Below, in pieces: positions 22,084-30,058 of a stretch of 64,000 bases of DNA (positions are counted from its first letter, which is position 1; every line of letters starts with the position of its first letter). The notes below the pieces were generated by a model. That model was not told the DNA's origin. It made no database searches and saw only the letters and a program-made list of their open reading frames with translations. This DNA is from an uncultured beta proteobacterium (GTDB lineage: Bacteria > Pseudomonadota > Gammaproteobacteria > Burkholderiales > Burkholderiaceae_C). Location: the NCBI GenBank assembly GCA_963708545.1, contig CAVPUD010000060.1, positions 3,844 to 67,843 of the forward strand. The letters run 5' to 3'. The position numbers and the translations under genes were made by a program.

Positions 22084-22655
22084 CTAAAGACAAGGCCAAG
22101 GCGGCGCCCGCACAGCCTGTAAATCCCGGTCGCCGTCGGCTGCTCTACGCCGGCGTCGCCGCTGCCGCTGCACTCGGCGGCGCCGCGCTGGCTTGGCGCA
22201 GACTTGCGCTTGATGACCCTTCCCCTGGTGTGGAGCAGGCGTTCTGGGCGCAGGAGTTCGACACCCCCGAGGGCGGCGCGCGCCTGGCGCTGCGCAATTT
22301 TGCGGGCCGGCCACTGCTGCTCAACTTCTGGGCCACGTGGTGCCCGCCGTGCGTTGCCGAATTGCCGCTGCTCAACACCTTTTACCGCGAACACCGCAAC
22401 GCCGGCTGGCAGGTGGTGGGCCTGGCGATCGACCAGCCGGCTGCGGTGCAACGCTTCTTGCAGCGCCAGCCGCTCGATTTTCCGATCGGCCTGGCCGCGC
22501 AGGGCGGCACCGAGTGGGCGCGCGCACTCGGCAACCTGGCTGGCGGATTGCCGTTTACCGTGGTCTTCGATGCCGCGGGCAAGGTGCGGAACCGTAAAAT
22601 CGGCGCGGCGAGCGATGCCGAACTGCAGCAATGGGCGGCGCTGCCACTGGGTTGA
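22080..22655 (+). CDS. TlpA-family thiol:disulfide oxidoreductase
   Basis: LLNFWATWCPPCVAELP; Tat-like RRRLL N-terminus. Confidence 0.92.
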   Translation: MTKDKAKAAPAQPVNPGRRRLLYAGVAAAAALGGAALAWRRLALDDPSPGVEQAFWAQEFDTPEGGARLALRNFAGRPLLLNFWATWCPPCVAELPLLNTFYREHRNAGWQVVGLAIDQPAAVQRFLQRQPLDFPIGLAAQGGTEWARALGNLAGGLPFTVVFDAAGKVRNRKIGAASDAELQQWAALPLG

Positions 22656-22821
22656 GTCCATTAGGCGGCGCTCAGACCTTTCATGCCCGCCTGCGCTCTG
22701 CGCGGTCGCGTGACGATCGCGTCAAATTGCGACAGATCATGAAAAATATCCGCCAAAGCGCAAAATTGGCCGAAATTGCAGTAAATTCGCGCCCTCTCGT
22801 TTCATCGTCTTCGGAGCACCC

Positions 22822-23265
22822 ATGGACTTGCGAAAGCTCAAAACCCTGATCGACCTCGTGTCCGAATCGAACGTCTCGGAACTCGAAATCACCGAAGCCG
22901 AAGGCAAGGTGCGTATCGTCAAGGGCGGCCCTGCCATGGTGCAGCAGTACGTCCCGGTGGCCGCGCCCGTGGCCACGGCGGCTCCCGCCGCTGCAGCAGC
23001 GGCCGAACTGCCCGCGCCTGCGGCCTTGCCGGGCCATGTGGTCAAGTCGCCCATGGTGGGTACCTTCTACCGCGCGCCCAGCCCCGGCGCCAAGCCGTTC
23101 GTCGAGGTGGGCAGCCAGGTCAAGGAAGGCGACACCCTGTGCATCATCGAGGCCATGAAAATCCTCAACGAGATCGAGGCCGACAAGGCCGGCACCGTGA
23201 CGCGCGTCCTCTGCGAAAACGGCCAGGCCGTCGAATATGGACAACCGCTGTTCATGATCGAGTAA
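22822..23265 (+). CDS. accB: Acetyl-CoA carboxylase biotin carboxyl carrier protein
   Basis: [24 protein letters not shown] biotinylation motif. Confidence 0.98.
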   Translation: MDLRKLKTLIDLVSESNVSELEITEAEGKVRIVKGGPAMVQQYVPVAAPVATAAPAAAAAAELPAPAALPGHVVKSPMVGTFYRAPSPGAKPFVEVGSQVKEGDTLCIIEAMKILNEIEADKAGTVTRVLCENGQAVEYGQPLFMIE

Positions 23266-23273
23266 GGCGGCGC

Positions 23274-23631
23274 ATGTTCCAAAAGATACTGATCGCCAAC
23301 CGCGGCGGACATGCCGCAGGCATGGCGAAGCAAATTGCCCTGGCACGCGCAGCGTGCGGGCGATGAGCCGCGGGAGAAACCATGTTCAAAAAAATACTGA
23401 TCGCCAACCGCGGCGGACATGCCGCAGGCATGGCGAAGCAAATTGCCCTGGCACGCGTAGCGTGCGGGCGATGAGCCGCGGGAGAAACCATGTTCAAAAA
23501 AATACTGATCGCCAACCGCGGCGGACATGCCGCAGGCATGGCGAAGCAAATTGCCCTGGCACGCGTAGCGTGCGGGCGATGAGCCGCGGGAGAAACCATG
23601 TTCAAAAAAATACTGATCGCCAACCGCGGCG
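23274..23631 (+). repeat. Tandem 108-bp repeat (3 units plus the accC 5' end), each unit a 30-aa mini-ORF
   Basis: ATG starts at 23274, 23382, 23490 and 23598 (period 108); mini-ORFs 23274-23366, 23382-23474, 23490-23582 read MF(Q/K)[22 protein letters not shown](A/V)ACGR*. Confidence 0.97.
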
Positions 23632-24947
23632 AAATCGCCCTGCGCATCCAGCGCGCCTGCCAGGAGCTGGGTGTCAAGGCCGTGATGGTCTATTCCGAGG
23701 CCGACCGCGACGCCAAATACGTCAAGCTCGCCGAAGAGGCGGTGTGCATAGGCCCCGCGCCCTCGTCGCTGAGCTACCTCAACATGCCGGCCATCATCTC
23801 GGCCGCCGAGGTGACCGACGCCGAGGCCATCCACCCCGGCTACGGCTTCTTGAGCGAGAACGCTGATTTTGCCGAGCGCGTGCAAAAGAGCGGTTTCGAG
23901 TTCATAGGCCCCACGCCCGATGCCATCCGCATCATGGGCGACAAGGTTGCGGCCAAGCAGGCCATGGTGCAGGCTGGCGTGCCTTGCGTGCCGGGCTCGG
24001 AGGGCGCGTTGCCCGATGATCCCGTGCAAATCGGGCGCATCGCCCGCGCCGTGGGCTACCCCGTGATCATCAAGGCGGCGGGCGGCGGCGGCGGGCGCGG
24101 CATGCGTGTGGTGCACACCGAGGCAGCACTGATCAACGCCGTGCAAACCACCAAGTCCGAAGCGGCAGCAGCCTTTGGCAACCCCTCGGTCTATCTGGAA
24201 AAATTCCTGCAAAACCCGCGCCACATCGAGATCCAGGTGCTCGCCGACAAGCATCGCAACGCCGTCTATCTGGGCGAGCGCGACTGCTCCATGCAGCGGC
24301 GCCACCAGAAGGTGATCGAGGAGGCGCCGGCGCCCGGCATCCCGCGCCGGCTCATCGAGCGCATCGGCGAGCGTTGCGTGGCCGCGTGCAAAAAGATCGG
24401 CTACCGCGGCGCGGGCACCTTCGAGTTCCTGTACGAAAACGGCGAGTTCTACTTCATCGAGATGAACACCCGCGTGCAGGTCGAGCACCCGGTCACCGAG
24501 TGGATCACCGGCATAGACATCGTGCGCACGCAGATCATGGTTGCTGCGGGCGAAAAGCTGCCATTCACGCAGCGCCAGATCGAGCTGCGCGGCCATGCGA
24601 TAGAGTGCCGCATCAATGCCGAAGACCCGTACAAATTCACCCCATCGCCGGGCCGCATCACCATGTGGCACCCGCCGGGAGGGCCGGGTGTGCGCGTGGA
24701 TTCGCACATCTATACCAACTATTACGTGCCGCCGAACTACGACTCCATGATCGGCAAGCTCATCACGCACGGCGACACGCGTGAGCAGGCGCTCGCGCGC
24801 ATGCGCACGGCGCTCGCCGAAACGGTGGTCGAGGGCATACAGACCAACATCCCGCTGCACCGCGAGATGCTCGTGGATGCCAAGTTCATCGCCGGCGGCA
24901 CGAGCATTCATTACCTCGAAGAGTGGCTGGAGCAGCACAAGCGCTGA
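23598..24947 (+). CDS. accC: Acetyl-CoA carboxylase biotin carboxylase subunit
   Basis: [45 protein letters not shown]. Confidence 0.98.
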   Translation: MFKKILIANRGEIALRIQRACQELGVKAVMVYSEADRDAKYVKLAEEAVCIGPAPSSLSYLNMPAIISAAEVTDAEAIHPGYGFLSENADFAERVQKSGFEFIGPTPDAIRIMGDKVAAKQAMVQAGVPCVPGSEGALPDDPVQIGRIARAVGYPVIIKAAGGGGGRGMRVVHTEAALINAVQTTKSEAAAAFGNPSVYLEKFLQNPRHIEIQVLADKHRNAVYLGERDCSMQRRHQKVIEEAPAPGIPRRLIERIGERCVAACKKIGYRGAGTFEFLYENGEFYFIEMNTRVQVEHPVTEWITGIDIVRTQIMVAAGEKLPFTQRQIELRGHAIECRINAEDPYKFTPSPGRITMWHPPGGPGVRVDSHIYTNYYVPPNYDSMIGKLITHGDTREQALARMRTALAETVVEGIQTNIPLHREMLVDAKFIAGGTSIHYLEEWLEQHKR

Positions 24948-25013
24948 GGCTTTTGTCGCTTGCTTTGCGCCCCCGTGCCCAACTTTCGGCCGTTTTCACC
25001 CACCGTCCAAGCC

Positions 25014-25967
25014 ATGTTTGAATTGCGCCTGCTGTGCCCCGAGGACAGCGTCGAGCCCGTGAGCGACGCGCTCGAGGCGCTCGACGCCCTGAGCGTTTCG
25101 GTCGAGGATGCCGACGCGCAGACCGAGGCCGAGCAGGCGCTGTTCGGTGAGCCCGGCATGCCGCCGCCGCGCGAAGGCTGGCAGCGCAGCCGCGTGCTGG
25201 CGCTGTTTGCCACCGAAGAGGCAGCGCAGCAGGCGCAGCAGCTGCTCGCCGTGCAGGACTTTTTTGCCGGCTGTGCGGTGCTCGGCCTGGCTGCCGTGCC
25301 CGAGCAGGACTGGGTGCGGCTGACGCAGGCACAGTTTGCGCCCGTGGAGATCACGCCCGACTTCTGGATCGTGCCCAGCTGGCACGACTTGCCACCGCAG
25401 GCGCGACGCAGCCTGCGGCTCGATCCGGGGTTGGCCTTCGGCACGGGCACGCATCCCACCACGCGCATGTGTCTGCGCTGGATGGCACGCCAAGCGCAAC
25501 AGGCCACTGCGGCGGACGCCGCGCAGCACAACGCTGGCGCAGTGCAGGCCGTGAATCCATTCGGGCGTGTGCTCGACTACGGCTGCGGCTCGGGCATCCT
25601 GGCGCTGGGCGCGGCCCTGTTCGGGGCGACCGAGATCGACGCCGTCGACATCGACCCCGCCGCCGTGCAAGCCACGCTGGAAAACGCGCGCGCCAACGGT
25701 GTGCAGGCCCCGGGCGTACAGCTGCGCGCGGGCTTGCCGGAGCTTGCGCGGGGCCAGTACCAGACCGTGTTTGCCAACATCCTCGCGAGCCCGCTCAAGG
25801 TGCTCGCGCCCTTGCTGTGCGCCCATGTCGCGCCGGGCGGCTGGCTCGTGCTCGCAGGCATCCTCGAGCGCCAGGCGCAGGAGCTGCAAGAGGCCTATGC
25901 CCCGTGGCTACGCCTCGAAGTGGCCGACACCGAAGACGGTTGGATTCTGATGACCGGCATGCGCTGA
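25014..25967 (+). CDS. prmA: 50S ribosomal protein L11 methyltransferase
   Basis: LDPGLAFGTGTHPTT, VLDYGCGSGIL, ANILA. Confidence 0.96.
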   Translation: MFELRLLCPEDSVEPVSDALEALDALSVSVEDADAQTEAEQALFGEPGMPPPREGWQRSRVLALFATEEAAQQAQQLLAVQDFFAGCAVLGLAAVPEQDWVRLTQAQFAPVEITPDFWIVPSWHDLPPQARRSLRLDPGLAFGTGTHPTTRMCLRWMARQAQQATAADAAQHNAGAVQAVNPFGRVLDYGCGSGILALGAALFGATEIDAVDIDPAAVQATLENARANGVQAPGVQLRAGLPELARGQYQTVFANILASPLKVLAPLLCAHVAPGGWLVLAGILERQAQELQEAYAPWLRLEVADTEDGWILMTGMR

Positions 25968-26029
25968 ACTGTGCGCGGGACCGGCATGGCGGGTGGCGCT
26001 TCCAGAGGGAGCCCTAAAATGGGCCGCTG

Positions 26030-27235
26030 ATGAGCCAGATCACACGCTGCCCTTTTTGCGGAACCCGTTTCAGGGTCGTTGCCGACCAGTTGCGCATCTC
26101 CGACGGCTGGGTGCGTTGTGGGCAGTGCCACGAGATTTTCGACGCCTCGGCCCAGCTCGTACCCGCCAGGGCGCAGGCGCTTTGGCCCGATGCGGTGCCT
26201 GCAGCAGATTCTCCGCAGCGGCCCGCAGGGGCAGGGTTGCTGGATTCAGAGCCACCGGCGGCAAGCACCGCTGCGGCGCAGCGCCCTTCTTCCGACGACG
26301 CATCCATTCTGCAGGCGGGCGCTTCAAGCTTGCCGACGTTTCTGACGCATGCGCAGCCGACGGCTCCAAAATCCGACAGGCTCATAGGCCCCGCCGCGCC
26401 ACCCCAGGAGTCCCAAGAGCAGGAGTTGGAGGGTTACGAGCTGCCGTTTGCCGAGCTGCGCGACTCCGGCTGGCCGGAGGAGGACGAAAACGCACAGGCT
26501 GGCGCTTCGGCGCTAGAGGGGCAGGAGCACGCGGGCGCAGAGCCCTTGGGGCACGCGGCGGACGCGGAGACCACACACGAGCCAGCCGCGCTGACGCCGC
26601 CCGCGGATGCCGGGTTTGCCTATGCGTCGGCCAGCGAAATGCTCGCGCAGGCGAATGAAGTGCCACCCGGCCACGCAGGGGGCGACGAGGCTCCTCTCGA
26701 AGATGCAGAGCCCGATGTGCAGGAACCCGGTTTCGTGCGCGCCGCGCGGCGCCGCGCCTTCTGGCGCCGGCCGTGGGTGCGCGCAGGATTGGCTGCGCTA
26801 TCTGTGCTTTTGCTGGCGGCGCTGGCCTTGCAGGTGGCTGTGCAGGAGCGGGACGCCATCGCCGCCGCGGCTCCGGCGACGCGGCCATGGTTGCAGCAGG
26901 TCTGCGCCCCGCTGGGCTGCAGTGTGGCACCACTGCGCCGCATCGCGGACGTGGTGATAGACAGCTCTTCGTTCCAAAAAGGCCGGGGCGACAGCTACCA
27001 GCTCACGTTCAGCCTGCAAAACCGCGCTGCCTATGCGCTGGCGATGCCGGCGCTGGAGCTGACCCTGACCGACGCGCAGGATCAGCCTGTGGTGCGCCGC
27101 GTGCTGCTGCCCAAGGACATCGGGGCGCCGGCGGAGCTCCCGCCCCGCGGGGGCTGGGGTGCGGTGCTGACGGTGGTCGTGACCACGGGCGGTGCGCGCG
27201 TGGCCGGCTACCGCCTGCTGGCGTTTTATCCTTGA
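26030..27235 (+). CDS. Zinc-ribbon and DUF3426 domain protein
   Basis: TRCPFCGTRF...GWVRCGQC N-terminus, low-complexity linker, TM helix, typical position after prmA. Confidence 0.88.
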   Translation: MSQITRCPFCGTRFRVVADQLRISDGWVRCGQCHEIFDASAQLVPARAQALWPDAVPAADSPQRPAGAGLLDSEPPAASTAAAQRPSSDDASILQAGASSLPTFLTHAQPTAPKSDRLIGPAAPPQESQEQELEGYELPFAELRDSGWPEEDENAQAGASALEGQEHAGAEPLGHAADAETTHEPAALTPPADAGFAYASASEMLAQANEVPPGHAGGDEAPLEDAEPDVQEPGFVRAARRRAFWRRPWVRAGLAALSVLLLAALALQVAVQERDAIAAAAPATRPWLQQVCAPLGCSVAPLRRIADVVIDSSSFQKGRGDSYQLTFSLQNRAAYALAMPALELTLTDAQDQPVVRRVLLPKDIGAPAELPPRGGWGAVLTVVVTTGGARVAGYRLLAFYP

Positions 27236-27267
27236 CTTTTTCTGACCCCACCCTGACTCCACCCCCT

Positions 27268-28164
27268 ATGGCAGCCCTGATTTGCGGTTCTCTCGCGTTC
27301 GACACCATCATGACCTTCGAGGGGCGCTTTGCCGAGCAGATACTGCCCGACCAGTTGCACATCCTCAACGTGTCCTTTCTCGTGCCCACCTTGCGGCACG
27401 ACTTCGGCGGCTGCGCGGGCAACATCGCCTACAGCCTGCGCCTGTTGGGCGGCACGCCCTGGCCCATGGCCATGCTGGGCAGCGACGGCGGTCGGTATTT
27501 GCAGCGTTTGCAGGCGCTGGGCATCCCCACGGTCCATGTCGGCATGGCCCAGGACTCCTACACCGCGCAGGCCATGATCATGACCGACCGCGACAACAAC
27601 CAGATCACCGCGTTCCACCCCGGTGCGATGCTGCAGGCGCACACCCTGCGCATCACGCCACACCCGGACATTGCGCTGGCCATCATCGCGCCCGACGGAC
27701 GCGAAGCCATGCTCGAGCATGCCGAGCAGCTCGCTACAGCGGACATTCCCTTCGTGTTCGATCCGGGGCAGGGGCTGCCGATGTTCGACGGGCCTGAGCT
27801 CGCGCGCTTCGTCGAGCAGGCGAGCTGGGTCGCGGTGAACGACTACGAGGGCAAGATGCTGTGCGAGCGCACTGGCTGGTCACTGGACGACATTTCGCGC
27901 AAAGTACGCGGCCTGATCGTGACGCTGGGCGCGCAAGGCTGCGAGGTCTGGGTGGACGGCGCCAAGGCGCACGTGCCCGCCGTCGCGCCCTCGCAGATTG
28001 TCGATCCCACGGGCTGCGGAGACGCTTGGCGCGGCGCCCTGCTGTATGGGCTCGAACGCGGCTGGCCGCTCGAGCGCTGCGCAGCCCTGGGCAACCGGAT
28101 CGGCGCCCTCAAGATTGCCCACCGCGGGCCGCAGAACTACACGCTGGACTTCACGCCAGGCTGA
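27268..28164 (+). CDS. PfkB-family carbohydrate/nucleoside kinase
   Basis: FGGCAGNIAY, VDPTGCGDAWRG. Confidence 0.93.
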   Translation: MAALICGSLAFDTIMTFEGRFAEQILPDQLHILNVSFLVPTLRHDFGGCAGNIAYSLRLLGGTPWPMAMLGSDGGRYLQRLQALGIPTVHVGMAQDSYTAQAMIMTDRDNNQITAFHPGAMLQAHTLRITPHPDIALAIIAPDGREAMLEHAEQLATADIPFVFDPGQGLPMFDGPELARFVEQASWVAVNDYEGKMLCERTGWSLDDISRKVRGLIVTLGAQGCEVWVDGAKAHVPAVAPSQIVDPTGCGDAWRGALLYGLERGWPLERCAALGNRIGALKIAHRGPQNYTLDFTPG

Positions 28165-28180
28165 CCCCAGCGCGGCCCCG

Positions 28181-28558
28181 TCAAGGCTTGCTGCCCGTCG
28201 GGAAGGGCCAAGCTGCCTGGGGATTGAGAGTGGTCTGGGCGGGAACGGATGCCTTGGCTGCCTTCTTCGCAGGTGCGGCAGCTTTCTTCGCAGGTGCAGC
28301 AGCCTTCTTCGCAGGTGCAGCAGCCTTCTTCGCAGGTGCAGCAGCCTTCTTCGCAGGTGCAGCAGCCTTCTTCGCAGGTGCAGCAGCCTTCTTCGCAGGT
28401 GCGGCAGCTTTCTTCGCAGGCGCGGCAGCTTTCTTCGCAGGTGCAGCAGCCTTCTTCGCAGGTGCGGCAGCTTTCTTCGCAGGCGCGGCAGCTTTCTTCG
28501 CAGGCGCTTCGGTCTTCATGGCCTGGGATGCGGCGGGTTTTTTTGCAGTTGCCATCAT
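28181..28558 (-). CDS. Histone H1-like nucleoid protein with PAKKAAA repeats
   Basis: 11 full plus 1 partial PAKKAAA repeat; C-terminal TLNPQAAWPFPTGSKP. Confidence 0.9.
   Translation of the reverse strand: MMATAKKPAASQAMKTEAPAKKAAAPAKKAAAPAKKAAAPAKKAAAPAKKAAAPAKKAAAPAKKAAAPAKKAAAPAKKAAAPAKKAAAPAKKAAAPAKKAAKASVPAQTTLNPQAAWPFPTGSKP
28256..28504 (-). repeat. 21-bp coding tandem repeat (about 12 units)
   Basis: (GCAGCAGCCTTCTTCGCAGGT)n with minor variants. Confidence 0.95.
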
Positions 28559-28747
28559 GTTCTCCTTGGGTCGATGTGTTGTGCGCGCCGCACTCCTACG
28601 GTGAGCGGGCAGCAGTTAGAACCTGTTCTCAGGCGTGGAGGCCGATCCCTCCCGCATGAACACGAAAAACGCCCCACCTGGTGCAACACAAGACAATGCA
28701 GTGATGGCAGGTGCGATAGTCATGGCTTTTGTCTGCACCCGACGGGA

Positions 28748-29944
28748 TCAATCCCAGGAGAGTGCGCCTCCAGACTGGTATTCGATGACCCGCGTTTCGA
28801 AGAAATTGCGCTCCTTCTTGAGGTCGATCATTTCGCTCATCCAGGGGAAGGGGTTTTCTTCATTGGGGAAAAGGGTCTCGAGGCCGATCTGCGTGGCGCG
28901 GCGGTTGGCGATGTAGCGCAGATAGCCCTTGAACATGGAGGCGTTCAAGCCCAGCACGCCACGCGGCATGGTGTCTTCGGCGTAGCGGTATTCGAGCTCG
29001 ACGGCTTTGAGGAAGAGTTCCTTGAGCTCGGCTTTGAACGCCGGCGTCCACAGGTGCGGGTTTTCGAGCTTGAGCTGGTTGATCAGGTCGATGCCGAAGT
29101 TGCAGTGCATGGACTCGTCGCGCAGGATGTACTGGTACTGCTCTGCCGCGCCGGTCATCTTGTTTTGCCGGCCCAGTGCGAGGATCTGCGTGAAGCCGAC
29201 GTAGAAGAACAGCCCTTCCATCAGGCAGGCGAAGACGATCAGGCTCTTGAGCAGGGTCTGGTCGGCCTCGGGCGTGCCGGTGTGAAAGTGCGGGTCCATG
29301 ATCGCGTCGATGAACGGGATCAGGAACTCGTCCTTGGCGCGGATCGCGGGAACTTCATGGTAGGCGTTGAAGATTTCGCCCTCGTCGAGCCCCAGCGACT
29401 CGACGATGTACTGGTAGGCGTGCGTGTGGATGGCTTCTTCGAAGGCCTGGCGCAGCAGGAACTGGCGGCATTCGGGCGCCGTGATGTGGCGGTAGGTGCC
29501 GAGCACGATGTTGTTGGCGGCCAGGCTGTCGGCGGTGACGAAGAAGCCCAGGTTGCGCTTGACGATGCGGCGCTCGTCCTCGGTCAGGCCGTGCGGGTCT
29601 TTCCAGAGCGCGATGTCGCGCGTCATGTTGACCTCTTGCGGCATCCAGTGGTTGGCGCAGGTGGCGAGGTATTTTTCCCAGGCCCATTTGTATTTGAAGG
29701 GCACGAGCTGGTTGACGTCGGTCTGGCCGTTGATGATGCGCTTGTCGGCGGCGTTGACGCGGCGCTCGGACACTTTTTGCACCGGGGCCTGGAAAGAGGG
29801 GGTAGCGAGCGCGGCCACCGTTATTTCCGAGGCGCGGGGTGCAAGAAACGACTGCGTGCCGGGCATAGTACCGCCGGAAGGCAGTGCAATGCCCGGTGCG
29901 CCAGATGCGGCGGTGGGGGTGGTTTCTTCGTCCCAATTCAGCAT
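28748..29944 (-). CDS. nrdB: Ribonucleotide reductase class Ia beta subunit
   Basis: [34 protein letters not shown]; start MLNWDEE. Confidence 0.96.
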   Translation of the reverse strand: MLNWDEETTPTAASGAPGIALPSGGTMPGTQSFLAPRASEITVAALATPSFQAPVQKVSERRVNAADKRIINGQTDVNQLVPFKYKWAWEKYLATCANHWMPQEVNMTRDIALWKDPHGLTEDERRIVKRNLGFFVTADSLAANNIVLGTYRHITAPECRQFLLRQAFEEAIHTHAYQYIVESLGLDEGEIFNAYHEVPAIRAKDEFLIPFIDAIMDPHFHTGTPEADQTLLKSLIVFACLMEGLFFYVGFTQILALGRQNKMTGAAEQYQYILRDESMHCNFGIDLINQLKLENPHLWTPAFKAELKELFLKAVELEYRYAEDTMPRGVLGLNASMFKGYLRYIANRRATQIGLETLFPNEENPFPWMSEMIDLKKERNFFETRVIEYQSGGALSWD

Positions 29945-30058
29945 GGTTTTTTCCGTGCGAGGATTATGAAAGCAGCGCTTCAAAATGAAAAGCACTCCAG
30001 CGCGCTCTGACAAGGTTTTTTTGCAGGCACAGGCGTCCGGAGTGGGTGCGGAGCAGCC

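Noticed and set aside
23274-23631. Possible CRISPR array
   Set aside because: Whole 108-bp units are identical with no unique spacers, and there are no cas genes.
28610-28630. TTAGAACCTGTTC resembling an IS end
   Set aside because: No partner inverted repeat, TSD or transposase fragment nearby.
27998-30010. Long + strand ORFs with RRCSSLL and QQPSSQV repeats
   Set aside because: Antisense shadows of the PAKKAAA gene and nrdB; no independent signal.
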